A stretch of 62,917 bases of DNA, counting the filler, from Octopus bimaculoides (lineage: Eukaryota): NCBI RefSeq assembly GCF_001194135.2. It is 6 parts of 6 records of this genome, joined end to end, with 100 filler letters (N's around TTAATTAATTAA, not from the genome) between each part and the next. Parts side by side here need not be neighbours in the genome. Positions count along the whole stretch, not along the records: positions 15,078 to 45,332 come from NC_068993.1; 5 more parts are not named here. One strand, given 5' to 3'. The first letter of the stretch is position 1. Each line of letters starts with the position of its first letter. Position numbers and translations under genes: made by a program. The notes beneath the pieces are model-generated. The model was not told where the DNA came from and did not search any database. It worked only from the letters and a program-made list of their open reading frames with translations. Below, piece by piece: positions 25,254 through 39,288 of the stretch.

Positions 25254-25466
25254 GGCGGTTAGCTGGCAGAATCGTTAGCACGCCGGCCAAAATACACCGC
25301 GACCTTTCGTTCGTCTTAACATTCTGAGTTCAAATTCCGGCGAGGTTGACATTGCCATTCATCCTTTCGGGGTCGATTAAATAAGTTCCAATTAAACACT
25401 GGAGTCGATATAATCGACTTAGCTCCAATCCTCAAATCTGCTGGCCTTGTGGCAAAATTTGAAACC
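25254..25466 (+). mobile_element. SINE family B, near full length
   Basis: ggcggttagctggcagaatcgttagcacgccgg...gttcaaattcc...cctttcggggtcgat...ggccttgtggcaaaatttgaaacc. The 10-mer ccaatattac occurs at 25231 and 25465, a possible TSD. Confidence 0.9.
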
Positions 25467-25855
25467 AATATTACATGTTAGGATAATCAGTTAAATAAAA
25501 CTATGTGCTCTGTCCTATGCGCTACGTTTGTTTTCAGAGTTTCTGTTCCAATTCTTTATACTTTGTACTTCATCCTTCGAGATTGATGAAATGTACTTAA
25601 GGTTGGTTTGATTGTATATACTTAATTTGGTTTAACATAGTCTATTTTCCTCTAAAATCCTAAAATATGTAGCCATGTTCTTATCTTACTGATGTTGGAA
25701 AAAGTACAAAGAAAGAAATTAAATATTAGAATGCAGAATTACAGACTCGGCCGAACATTGATAAATAGCCTGGCAGTATTAGATTTGTCTCTTTGAGTTT
25801 TGTGATGAAAGATTCCGCTTTCCTCCAATTTTGTGGCATTATACCAGTATTAACA

Positions 25856-25914
<59 letters not shown>

Positions 25915-26708
25915 CATTATTATTATTATTATTATATCTTTATGTTGCCTCTATATTAAAAATACTACCGCTGTGTTGGCACGTGTAATATTATTATTAC
26001 ATATTTTACTGCGACCATTGAAACTTAGCGGGAACTTATAACTTCTAATCTAAATAATTTTGGCTACCTTGGGTTGGCATCAAACAAGGAAATCACTGCA
26101 GGGGTTACATGTAATTGTGAAATCAAACAAACTTCTCTGTTAATTTGTTTTAAGATCAATGAAAACTTTTGAGTGACTAATTCTATTTTTTAAATACATA
26201 TACGTTGTAAGTGCTGCTGTAGCAGTACTAAGGAAAGTACTGCAAAATAGCTGCAAGTTCCTGCCAAGCTGTGAAATATTGCGACCCACTGGCGCCGGTT
26301 TGTAACGGAAGGAGCCAAAGTTATCTAGAATTCTGTTTCGATCACTGGTTTCCAAACAATTTCACAAAAGCGGCATTAAAATAAGCAACAAAAGATCTAT
26401 TCTGATCTACACCGTATTTTCCGTTATACAATTCGAATTTTTCTGACGAAAATTTACAAAGAAAAAGGGTAGGTTGGCTTATACATCGACACTAGTTTAG
26501 AGGACGAAAATTTTATGTGAACATGAGCACGATTTGGAAAGATAGCGATGCTATTAATGTTTTTTTGTAGGCGCATGATATTTCGTTATACAATCATATG
26601 ATGCTACACAGTAGCGTATTATGGCATATACGCCCATTACCTATTTTTTCATCTTCAATCTCATTGTTTACATCTGATATTAATGTCGAAACAATACCAC
26701 ATTTCCAG

Positions 26709-27117
26709 GGGTGACGCTTGTGGCAGGTCTTACAAATCGCTCATCGTCTTCCAGGAAAGTTCTTCCGCTTTTCAAGAGCCGTTGCCATTCGAAAAAATTG
26801 CGCATGACCCATTGCCTCGTCGCCGTAAGCTTGCCGAAGCATGCTCAATGTCTCTGTAGCAGACTTCTTAAGTTTAACTCAAAATTTCAAGTTGTTTTTT
26901 TTAAAAAAAACTTCCTGTCCATGACAAAACCGCAGACTACAGCATACACGTGATCACAAAATCACAAATTTCACAACTTGCAAAGTAAACGCAGTTGAGT
27001 CACTCGGTACGCTGCCTCACGAAGGTCATTGCTGGCTCTCTCACTGCGCACGCACTCGTATGCTGCCACTGTTGGCGAGCTACAGAGCTAGTCCGGAAAC
27101 TTTTTGATACTACGTTG
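26709..27117 (-). mobile_element. Mariner transposon 5' end (TIR + N-terminal HTH), truncated
   Basis: TA + caacgtagtatcaaaaagtttccggact TIR-like end. Minus-strand translation ..NLKF*VKLKKSATETLSMLRQAYGDEAMGHAQFFEWQRLLKSGRTFLEDDERFVRPATSV fits the mariner DNA-binding domain (one frameshift). Confidence 0.88.
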
Positions 27118-27507
27118 TAAATATATATATATAAGAATGTATGTTTGTAAATATAAATACATACATGCACACATACATACGCACACATACACACATGCAC
27201 CTATACATGTATATACACATATATATATATATATATATATATANNNNNNNNNNNNNNNNNNNNNNNNNNNNNNNNNNNNNNNNNNNNNNNNNNNNNNNNN
27301 NNNNNNNNNNNNNNNNNNNNNNNNNNNNNNNNNNNNNNNNNNNNNNNNNNNNNNNNNNNNNNNNNNNNNNNNNNNNNNNNNNNNNNNNNNNNNNNNNTTT
27401 AATAACCTGTTCACATACATAAATATATACACATACATACACACACGCACACATTCACCCAGACTGACACTCGCACAGATAATGAGAAAGAGAGAGAGAG
27501 AGAGAGG

Positions 27508-27568
<61 letters not shown>

Positions 27569-27709
27569 GAGCAGATACTAAAACACGATTGTTCCTTTTC
27601 AATTGGCAAATGTCATTGTGTTCAGACAGTAAAAGTAGACAACACATCTTGAGAGATTTAGCTGAAGCCAAACCAGCAAAGATAAGGACAAATCAGAGCC
27701 AACACACCA

Positions 27710-27741
27710 CCAATACCACTACCACCAATACCACTACCACC

Positions 27742-27796
<55 letters not shown>

Positions 27797-28505
27797 GCAA
27801 CAACAACAATGATATCGGCAACAGCAACATCACCACCACCAACACCAACACCACCACTACCTCCACTACCACCACCACCACTACTACAACAACTACCAAT
27901 TGCACCACCAGTACCACCTACAATAGCAACGCCACTAACAACAACAATAATACCATCACCACCACCACCACCACCACCGAAAGTAACGCCATCTCTACCG
28001 TTACCGCCACCACCACTCTCGCAACCACCGATAGTAACAACCCCAACAAGAGCGCCGATAGTAACGCCACAACCACCATCACTACCACCTCCACTATCAC
28101 CAACACCACCACCAGCAACATTTCCAACATTAGTAAAACTACAGACTCAGCTATCATTTATTACTGTTAGAATCAGTGCCACGATCGACACCATTGGCAG
28201 CGATATCAATGCCGTCGTCGTCGTCGTCAGCGCTATCATCACCATCATCATCTCATCTTCATCATCATCTTCATCATCATCATCATCATCATCAACTGTC
28301 TTCGTCGTCATTATCTGCATCATTGTCAGTGGTGGCCATTATCATCATCATCATCATCGTCAGGGTTGTCATAATCATCATCATCATCGTCGTCGTCGTC
28401 CTCATCGTCATCAACATGATCATCATCATCACGATCATCACCACCATCTTTATTATCCTTATCATCCTCATCATCATTATCATCAGCACCAACGTTGTCA
28501 TCGTC
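27710..28505. repeat. Degenerate compound (ACC/AAC)n then (ATC/GTC)n triplet tract
   Basis: Seen directly; it is the source of the spurious Thr/Pro/Ser/His-rich ORFs. Confidence 0.9.
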
Positions 28506-28535
28506 ATGTTGTGATCTTGGTCCCTTATACGACAC

Positions 28536-28680
28536 AGCTTGCTTACCAACAACATTGTTCCTGTCCCACTGCGTGGCATCTTGGGCGAGTGTTTTCTACT
28601 ATAGCCTCGGGCCGACCAAAGCCTTGTGAGTGGATTTGGCAGACGGAAACTGTATAAAGCCTGTCGTATGTATGAATATA
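28536..28680 (+). mobile_element. SINE family A 5' part, breaking into an N gap at its internal microsatellite
   Basis: agcttgcttaccaac...cccactgcgtggcatcttggg...gccgaccaaagccttgtgagtggatttggcagacggaaactg. Confidence 0.85.
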
Positions 28681-29117
28681 TNNNNNNNNNNNNNNNNNNN
28701 NNNNNNNNNNNNNNNNNNNNNNNNNNNNNNNNNNNNNNNNNNNNNNNNNNNNNNNNNNNNNNNNNNNNNNNNNNNNNNNNNNNNNNNNNNNNNNNNNNNN
28801 NNNNNNNNNNNNNNNNNNNNNNNNNNNNNNNNNNNNNNNNNNNNNNNNNNNNNNNNNNNNNNNNNNNNNNNNNNNNNNNNNNNNNNNNNNNNNNNNNNNN
28901 NNNNNNNNNNNNNATATATATATATATAAATTCAGAAGAGTGGTACAACAAGGCACCAATATTTACTGGAAAATAGCAATCGATATAATTACGACGCTAT
29001 TGTATAGCTTCACTGCGTATATACTGGCAAAAATGCGTGTGTGCAACAAACAGGAAAAATTTGTCTTACCTGTAGGAAGAACATTCGAAAATGAACAACC
29101 CAGATTAAGGATAATGC

Positions 29118-29207
29118 GTGTGTTTGTGTGTCTGTGTTTCCCCACTTATCCACCATCGCTTGACAACTGATATTGGTGTGTTTACGTTCCCGTAACCTAG
29201 CGGTTCG
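29118..29207 (+). mobile_element. SINE family A central/3' fragment
   Basis: caccatcgcttgacaactgatattggtgtgtttacgttcccgtaacctagcggttcg matches the family A body. Confidence 0.75.
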
Positions 29208-30172
29208 ACTTTGTATTTTATAATTTTTAAATACCATTTTTGAATGGAAACACAGAACATCAACAACAACAAGACCAACCGTTGCCGTTTCTAAAATTAT
29301 GACCACGACTTATACTCCCATTAATACCACTCTACTATCGCCAAAACTTCCACCATCACGGTCCATGCCACTATTATTATTAATACTATTATTAAGACCG
29401 TTCAATTCTACCTCATCGCATTCCGCGGCTCTGTTTCCATACGATTTGGTAGCAACAACAGCACCGTCTCTATCATCACCGCCACGACGATTAAAATTAC
29501 AACTAAAAGACCAGCAACAACAACAACAACAATGGCGGCGGCAACTCAGACATCACCACTGACAGTACTACCGCCACCAACACCACGAACATCATTATAC
29601 CATCATCGTCACCGCTGCCACCACCACCACCACCAGCATCACCATTACAATTACCACCATCACCACCACTACCACCACCACCATCACCACCGCCGCCACC
29701 GCCGCTGCCGCCACCCTTCTACGATATTGTTATCAGTGGTAAAATGCTCAACACAAGTTATCATGTTTGGTAAAGCTGATATGACTTGAGGGTGAGAGGA
29801 GGCAAGCGGTTCTCTTTTTTTCTTTCCTCCATTTTTTTTCGCTGCATTTTTCTTGTTGTTGTTGTTGTTGTTGTTTTTCTTGTTGTGTTTCTGTATTTCT
29901 TGCTTAAGGCTATCGAGATTAGAGATTATTGTAGGAATTTGGTAAACACTTCCCTAATCATTGTTACCACTGAGCTCCAGAGTTACTGCTGCTGCTGCTG
30001 CTGCTGCTGCTGTTGTTGTTGCTATTGTTGTTGTTGTTAATGTTGATGTTGATGTTGTTACTGTGTTGCTATTATCAATGTTGTTGTTGCTGCTGCTGAT
30101 GATGATGTTGTTCTTATCGTTGTTGTTGGTGGTGATAATGGTGGTGGTGTTGTTGTTGCTGTTGCCGATATC

Positions 30173-30205
<33 letters not shown>

Positions 30206-30625
30206 GGTGGTGATGATGATGATGGTGGTGGTGGTGGTNNNNNNNNNNNNNNNNNNNNNNNNNNNNNNNNNNNNNNNNNNNNNNNNNNNNNNNNNNNNNN
30301 NNNNNNNNNNNNNNNNNNNNNNNNNNNNNNNNNNNNNNNNNNNNNNNNNNNNNNNNNNNNNNNNNNNNNNNNNNNNNNNNNNNNNNNNNNNNNNNNNNNN
30401 NNNNNNNNNNNNNNNNNNNNNNNNNNNNNNNNNNNNNNNNNNNNNNNNNNNNNAAGAATACCAGAAAAACTTTATGTACCATTAACCAAGAGGGTTCTCT
30501 CAATATGTATGATGTATTTTAAGGCTAAATAGTAATTCTGTTTACGTTTTCGTAACTGAAATATTTTGATTGGATTATATAGTCATTGGGTTACGTTACT
30601 TTCTATATTCTATAGCTGTCACAAT

Positions 30626-30776
30626 ATACTTTTCTAGGCCTGAAATTTTTGTGGGGAGGGGCCAGTTGATTAGATCGACCCCAGTACACAACTGATACTT
30701 AATTTATCGACCCCGAAAGGACGAAAGGTAAAGTCGACCTCGGAAGAATTTGAACTCAGAACGTAAAGACAGACGA
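30626..30776 (-). mobile_element. SINE family B, 5'-truncated
   Basis: aggcctgaaattt...atcgaccccagtac...aatttatcgaccccgaaaggacgaaaggtaaagtcgacctcggaagaatttgaactcagaacg is the reverse complement of the family B body. Confidence 0.88.
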
Positions 30777-30870
30777 TGATAATTTGCAAACATTTCTCAT
30801 GGCCCCGGTACACTGTTTATAGATGCTTACAATTTTTATGATTTCCGTGAATTTTTCATGGGTCAAGCTA

Positions 30871-30937
<67 letters not shown>

Positions 30938-31010
30938 GGACATATACCCACACCTGTGCACATGCGCACGAACGCTTACATTAAATTACAAGAGATGCGG
31001 AAGCAAAGTG

Positions 31011-31113
<103 letters not shown>

Positions 31114-31958
31114 CATACATACTGGGAATATAAATGTACACAAATACGCATTTACAACAGATATGTACGCAAGTACGTCCTTATCCACAATTGTATATAC
31201 GTACTTCTATCTATATAGACGTGCATATGCACATAGGCATTCCACGTCGTGTACAGAAAAGAAAACACGAAGAACAATACATATGATACAAATTACAACG
31301 TATCATGGAAGATGGTTAGACATACATGGAGTGCAGGCACGCGTAGTTAATAAGAGGCAGGTAAGAGGAAAACGGGTGAAAAGAACGTACAATATAAGGC
31401 TGGACAGGAAGTGAGTGAATGGTGTTGGTTGCAATTAGTGAAACAATAGGTACGCATGCATGGTTAAGGAAACGGGGTACGAGTAGGTGAGAGGATGTCT
31501 ATAAATATGTATACATTTATATATATGTATATACATAAACATGTATATATATGTATGTGTGTGTATGTGTACTGAAACAAGTAAAAGAGTATACATATAT
31601 AATAAATATATATTTATTATATTTATATGTGTATGTATATATATATATATATATATACATGTGTGTGTGTGAGTGTATATATGTGTATATANNNNNNNNN
31701 NNNNNNNNNNNNNNNNNNNNNNNNNNNNNNNNNNNNNNNNNNNNNNNNNNNNNNNNNNNNNNNNNNNNNNNNNNNNNNNNNNNNNNNNNNNNNNNNNNNN
31801 NNNNNNNNNNNNNNNNNNNNNNNNNNNNNNNNNNNNNNNNNNNNNNNNNNNNNNNNNNNNNNNNNNNNNNNNNNNNNNNNNNNNNNNNNNNNNNNNNNNN
31901 NNNNNNNNNNNNNNNNNNNNNNNNNNNNNNNNNNNNNNNNNNNNNNNNNNNNNNNNNN

Positions 31959-31994
<36 letters not shown>

Positions 31995-32313
31995 GAGAGA
32001 GAGGGTGAGAGAGAGACATGACTCCGTATGTACGTAAGTGTTATAGTAAGCGAGAGACGGCGTGGGTACAGACACACGCGTGTGTGTGTATGTGTGTGTG
32101 TGTGTGTGTGTGTATGTGTGTGTGTGTGTGTGTGTAACTGTGTGTGCGCACGAAGTGATAACGCAATCAGCGTGTTTATCATAACCGCCCCAAAGGCTCC
32201 AATTCCATTAGCTTCGGTGAAATCGTATGTTTCCAACCCAAATTATACCCCAGAAGATATTTCTTTCCACGTACAATATACACTTAATATACACATGCAC
32301 ATATACATAACTC

Positions 32314-32374
<61 letters not shown>

Positions 32375-32416
32375 TTCTTTCTCTTTCTGTCTCCCTATCT
32401 CTCAATACACACATAC

Positions 32417-32452
<36 letters not shown>

Positions 32453-32579
32453 ATACATGTGCATATATATGTATATGTATGTATGTGTATGTGTATAAAC
32501 GTATATATACAACACACACAAAACACAAATACATTTACATTCATACACCTGTATATATATATATGTATGTATTCATGCA

Positions 32580-32688
<109 letters not shown>

Positions 32689-34060
32689 CTAGTAAAGTAT
32701 GCAGAGATATCATCTTGATAGCTATTTATAAAACTTCTGCTAACATTTAAAGAGGTGTGTTGATTTGTGTTTTACTTTTTTTGTTTTACATTTTGATACT
32801 TTTTGTTGTTGTTGTTTCTGCAGATATATAGAGAATGGTACATCTGGGTACATATACATACGCAGACACACACACACATACACACTCACACACACACATA
32901 CACACACACATACACACACATACACAAACGCGTACGCACATATGCATGTACCCACGCACACATATATGCATGTATGCATATATAATTGTGTTCTTGTGTG
33001 TGTTTAGGCTTGAAATATAATACAAACACAAAAAGTACTCAATACAGGTAGTATGTGTAATTTTTTTGATGTAGTGCTTGAGGTTATTCTCTATTGCATC
33101 TCCACCTGTCGGTGAACGTGTAACTGACATCCGGTATCCAGACTACTGTATTTATGATGACAAAAAATTCCTAGAATCACCCGTCATTGGAATAAAATTA
33201 TATGTGCCTTATGTAACATTATAAAATAGCAAAAGGAAATAAATATATATAAATAATACTTTTATGGCGTAATATGCAGATAATCAAGTGATTTATGATT
33301 AAAGGGGATAAACATAATTGCAACTTCTCTCAGTACGATGGTAGGGGTTTTTATTATCCCATACACAAAAAAAAAATAGAGAGAAATCTTCGCTCTTAAA
33401 AGTTTCAGCGTTTGGCGGCGGAATCTCTGATATTAATGATACTGGAATTTATATCTTAACGAATACCCAGGTACCATTACTTTTCCATGACTAATCCTTT
33501 TGGGTCAAGCCCATTTGTTAGGAGCTATTTAATGTGGTTATGAGTAGGTACAAAGGAGTAGAGGTTTGTAATCTGGTAGAAATTTATATATAATATTTGC
33601 AAAAAAAAAAATCCTACCCATTTAAATTTAGGCTTGAATAGAGGTGATAAGGTAATCGTATGATGTATCAGTAATGGAACAAATTTGGGTAGATTTAGAA
33701 AGGGAATGATAACCTTTAACGTATTGGAACCTGAAATCCATGTATATACAATCATTAGGGTTCTTAATTAAGTATATCTTATTTTAAATCAAAATACAAA
33801 TACACAGAAAACGTTTAATGGAAAGCGTCTGTATATAGATACGCTATCTGATTCTCACCATCCCGCCAAAGGTTTTTAAAAAATTACGTCTGCAACATCA
33901 GTAGGAGTAATTTCAACATCTCGTTAGAAGACTTCAAAAAACGTCTCTTACCACTACTTTAACAGCTCTGCAGTGTGTTGCATTAAAGCTGATATGAAAT
34001 GCGAGCAAATCGCTAAGTAATATGTATATAAATATATATAAGACATGGGGAAAAAAGTCC

Positions 34061-34266
34061 TTACTCTTTTACTTTTTTACTTGTTTCAGTCATTTGACTG
34101 CGGTCATGCTGGAGCACCGCCTTTAGTCGAGCAAATCGACCCCAGGACTTATTCTTTGTAAGCCTAGTACTTATTCTATCGGTCACTTTAGCCGAACCGC
34201 TAAGTTACGGGGACGTAAACAGACCAGCATCGGTTGTCAAGCGATGTTGGGGGGACACAGACACAA

Positions 34267-34311
<45 letters not shown>

Positions 34312-34482
34312 CATATATACGACGGACTTCTTTTAGTTTCCGTCTACCAAATCCACTCACAAGGCTTTGGTCGGCCCGAGGCTATAGTAGAAGACACTTG
34401 CCCATGGTGCCACGCAGTGGGAATGAACCCGGAACCATGTGGTTGGTAAGCAAGCTACTTACCACACAGCCACTCCTTCGCC
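34061..34482 (-). mobile_element. Full-length SINE family A, low divergence
   Basis: Complete reverse copy from the tail (cttgtttcagtcatttgactgcggtcatgctggagcaccgc) through the internal (CA/TA)n to the head (caagctacttaccacacagccactccttcgcc). Confidence 0.93.
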
Positions 34483-36797
34483 TATTTTATCCGTCTTTTA
34501 TTTTAAATATCCGTTCTCATGGGACAAATGATTTTTTTTAGACCTGATATACAAACGTATTCTTGACTCATAGAGACACTAGAAATACTTTGACAAAATT
34601 ACTGGAAAAGTTAGTAATCTTTGCTAATTCATTGCAAAGCTTAAAAGAAATTATACAGACACAAACTGAATTATAACCCTGAACTAGTTGAATCGTTGAT
34701 GCCTGTCTATGAATTGTGACAACATCATTTTAGGTCTTTTCAACAGAAGACATTGCAATATTTAATCAATATCTAAGCTAATACATTTAGACCGGAGGTG
34801 TACATAGTGGCCTACACAAACATGCAGCTACATGATTCACATTCGGGAAACACATATTGACACATAATATACACCTACAGGTCAGCATAGACACACACCA
34901 ACTAAGCAGAATCCAAGTCGCAGAATGAACCTTCACATGGTCACTCGACCTGCGCTCACATACGAGGGGTGTATGAAAAGTTTTGAGCCTTGAAGTCTTG
35001 TACTTTCATCAGAAGTCTTGTACCATGCTTTGTTTTTTTGAGGCTCAAGACTTTTCATACACTCCTCGTATATTCACATGCCTTACAATACATACCATTA
35101 CAGTTTTTTTTTTTTAATGTTTACAAACCATCAACTGCAATCTCTGATACTTACATACCATCACAGTGTCCTGTGACGAATACATACCTCCACAACATAC
35201 CATTTACGTCATTTAATATTAACGTATCTCTCACCACTACATACCATCACGCCACCCGGTGGCATTTACGCATCCCCAATCACACAACACGCGCTTAACA
35301 CAATTTAGCGAGGTTTCTATATCCCTCACCGTCTACGCAGATTTCACATCCACTCTGCCGTAAGATCTGGATTGAACAATGGTAGAAAAAAAGCAATTTT
35401 TGTTGTTGTTGAGAATGATGATGATGATGATGATAATGATGATGATGATGATGATAATGATGATGATGATGCCTTAAAACTATACTAGTAATATATTATC
35501 CATGATGTTGAGGATGATAAATTTGATGATGATGATGAGAGGTGGAGGGGGAGGAGCATGCGGTTGGTGGTGAAGCTGCTGCTGCTGATGATGATGATGA
35601 TGCTGATGCTGGTCGGGGTGATGAAGATGAGGTGGAGAAAGAGGATGGTGGTGGTTCTGATGATGATGATGATGATGATGGCGATTGCGATGGTAATATT
35701 TATATTGATGACGATGATAAACTGTAGATAATACTTTACAAGGGAGCAGATGGTGGCACGGGTGGGTGTACACCCCTGTCGACGACGATGATGATAATAA
35801 TGCTGATAACTTCAACAAGCGGTGGTGGTTGTGATGGTGGTGGTGTTTGGTGGTGGTGGTGGTGGTGGTGTTTGTTGGTGGTGGTGGTGTGGTGTTTGGT
35901 GGTGTTTGGTGGTGGTGGTGGTAGTTGTGATATTATGAGTACTGCTACTACGGTGATATCTAAACTGCCGGTAGGGAAACGATAGAAGGAAATCGTTTAC
36001 AGTTGGGTAGAAGTAGGGTGTAAAGGTTTACAGATTTTACACTTTAATNNNNNNNNNNGTCGACGACGATGATGATAATAATGCTGATAACTTCAACAAG
36101 CGGTGGTGGTTGTGATGGTGGTGGTGTTTGGTGGTGGTGGTGGTAGTTGTGATATTATGAGTACTGCTACTACGGTGATATCTAAACTGCCGGTAGGGAA
36201 ACGATAGAAGGAAATCGTTTACAGTTGGGTAGAAGTAGGGTGTAAAGGTTTACAGATTTTACACTTTAATAATCAACGTAGATAACATCGATAACATCAT
36301 CAACAACAACGACAACAACAACAGCAACAACAACAACAACAACAGCAACACCAACAATAACAACAACAATCATAACAATTGTAACAACACTGTCGATGAC
36401 GATCATTATAACACCGGTATCTTCACCACCATTAATATCAAAAACAGCAGGAAAACTGAGCCAGCATGATATGTGGCCGCTATGTGATCGCTCCATATGC
36501 TAGAAATGTCAACTGAATTCTTATAAGTGATAGCCTATCGTCTTAGAAAAGGAACGCTTTCGATAATTTTGGCCTTGTGTTCTTTGTAGATTCGTATGGG
36601 ACATGAATAGAATGCTTTTGATTTTAAGATTGATATATCAGGAATGAGCTGGTTTTGAACAACAACAATATTAACAAACAATGAAAATCTAGATGACGTC
36701 AGCGAGCTTCTTTCAAGACATTACAGCAATGGAAGGAATGTACTAACGATGCTTGAATACTGACATGATATATGCTTCCTTACATGACCCCTTTGCT

Positions 36798-37122
36798 CCT
36801 TATGTAACATAGGCCATCGACGAATTGTCTCCACTGCTCTCGGCCCTGAGTCTATCCTCCTCATTTGATCCTTGAAAGGAGACCTTTCTCAATCAGGCCT
36901 TGCTGGTTTCCCATTGTGATCGATGCTTCCGGTGGCTTTGTTTCTAGATAAGGGTGCAGGCCCTACTCAAACCCATTTTTACTCCTGAGAAGAATTAATC
37001 CATATTAATCTAACCTCTACCTCTTGACTTGTCCAACATGAGAAGCCCTGCCATAAAACTTGCACTCTGCTTCCACAGCTCTCAGGACCACTGAAGCACA
37101 CAAATTATTACACTACAACAAG
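36798..37122 (-). mobile_element. RTE-like LINE/SINE 5' region remnant
   Basis: The minus strand begins cttgttgtagtgtaataatttgtgtgcttcagtggtcctgagagctgtgg, resembling remembered RTE-clade 5' heads. No protein motif was confirmed. Confidence 0.35.
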
Positions 37123-39247
37123 AATTGAACTATATGATGGTGGACTATATATGTGGCCATTGCTAAAAGACGATGGAAGCATTCACTAAGCGTTCACCAA
37201 AGAAAAGTTCGATCATCAACGATTAATTTTGAAACTCTTCCGTGTTTTATGACTTTCTCAAATATTTTTGTTTGTTTAAAAATATTTATTTGGACAATTT
37301 TAAGTAGCTTAAACATAATATTCCTGAGTGTGTCAAAGCTAATTATTCTATTTCTCAAATATATTTATTAGCGAAATTTTGAATAAATTGAATATAAAAT
37401 TTCGAGCTGAGTTTGTCAAATATTTTACCAGTTATATATATATTAATATTTTTAACAAGTTGAATAATAAATTAGATTTCGATTGGGAAGTTAAACTACT
37501 CCGAAGCTTCGAGTAGATCTGTCTTTGAACAATTCCATTCCGTGGGTTGATACTTCAGTCCAAAAATCATAAACGAACCATTCTCATCCCTTCAGTATAA
37601 TTAGATATATAGATACACACGGACACGTATTTTTACATGCACAGAGGACCCTACCCAGAACTATAGACATACACGTTTATGTATATGCACGGGCCCCTAA
37701 ACATTTCAAGAAGGGCGCAGAAAACAAATGGGCAAATGCATTATATAGATAATATATATAACACTGTATAAAGGAATAAACTTTAACTATAAAGTAAATG
37801 GCATACATTCTGAGGAACACAATAGTCTAGCAATATTCTCCTTTAACGTCTGAACATTCCACACTTTTATATTGCGTACTTAACGACTTATCATCACATA
37901 CGGTGCGGTAACATCCTAAGACCAGCAATGAAGAAATAACAGCAATCGTGGTAATCTTTGGACTCTCTTCACACCCTGAGAAGGGTAAGGGACATAATAG
38001 CCCTTCTTGCACGTCTTAACCATCATTCTAGAGAAGATACACAAATTCCGCACATTACAGTAGAGAACCGAAGCTTCTTTTCGTCACCTGTACACATTTC
38101 AATGAACAATCTATATGCTCTATAGAATTTGGCACGTTTTATAGTTTTATGTGCTTATGTGCTTGATTCCAGCATACTATTTGCATCCATTTCGGATTCA
38201 GAATGTATCAGAACATAATCTAAAATACAGAATAGTAATTTTAGATATATATATGTGGCATAGCAATTCTGAACAGAGACAGAAAAATATCAATAATGAA
38301 AATCACTATTATAAGTCTCTTTCTGAATCAGTTGGTAATAGAGAATAGTTAAAAGCATTTATTTAATCATTGACTTGGATTTAGTATCATACAATGAAAA
38401 AAGAAAATGAATATCATTTTTCGAAGAATATTAAATTCAAAATTATATATAGCGACAGAATCCAACCGAGCTTTTTACAAAACCAACGTTCTCTCTGAAC
38501 ACCATACCAAGATTTACCATTCCTTTCTCTCTCTATTCAATCCCTGCCAGAGTACTTTATCCATTTCTCGCTATATATGTTTCAGTGTCTCTATATATGT
38601 ACATAAGAAAGAAGCAAATTTGTTCTTTTCTTCACTATCGTCTGATTGTCCGAAGACTCTTGACGTGATTTCACACCAACAAAATTCTAAACAAGATAAG
38701 CACACTTAAAACTCAAGATGTGTGTGTGTGTATGTATATATATGTATATAGTCACCAGTCTTTTGTTTTACAAATATATAGATATGTGCGCGCGTGTGAA
38801 CATATACATAANNNNNNNNNNNNNNNNNNNNNNNNNNNNNNNNNNNNNNNNNNNNNNNNNNNNNNNNNNNNNNNNNNNNNNNNNNNNNNNNNNNNNNNNN
38901 NNNNNNNNNNNNNNNNNNNNNNNNNNNNNNNNNNNNNNNNNNNNNNNNNNNNNNNNNNNNNNNNNNNNNNNNNNNNNNNNTATAATATAATATAATATAA
39001 TATAATATAATACAATATAATATAATATAATATAATATATAGTATATGACATATATATGTATATAGTCACCAGTCTTTTGTTTTACAAATATATAGATAT
39101 GTGCGCGCGTGTGAACATATACATAAAAACCATTAAGAGATACGTGAAGAGGCCTATGTCTGCTTATATCTATGTGGGAAGCTAAAACAATTAACATAGG
39201 CACACAACATGAGACTAAGTTATATTTTCAGGTTGTTCATGTATATA

Positions 39248-39288
<41 letters not shown>

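Noticed and set aside
27589-28657. Thr/Asn-rich (mucin-like) and Pro/Ser/His-rich overlapping ORFs
   Set aside because: Several frames are open over the same ACC/AAC/ATC triplet tract, the signature of a microsatellite rather than selection on one frame.
33850-33990. Two adjacent minus-strand exon candidates (FNATHCRAVKVV; RNFLKTFGGM)
   Set aside because: Their phases are incompatible when joined (immediate stop), and neither peptide is recognisable.
34961-34992. Isolated Mariner-like TIR (tacgaggggtgtatgaaaagttttgagc; a similar trace at ~3897-3925)
   Set aside because: No partner TIR or transposase sequence nearby, and too short to call an element.
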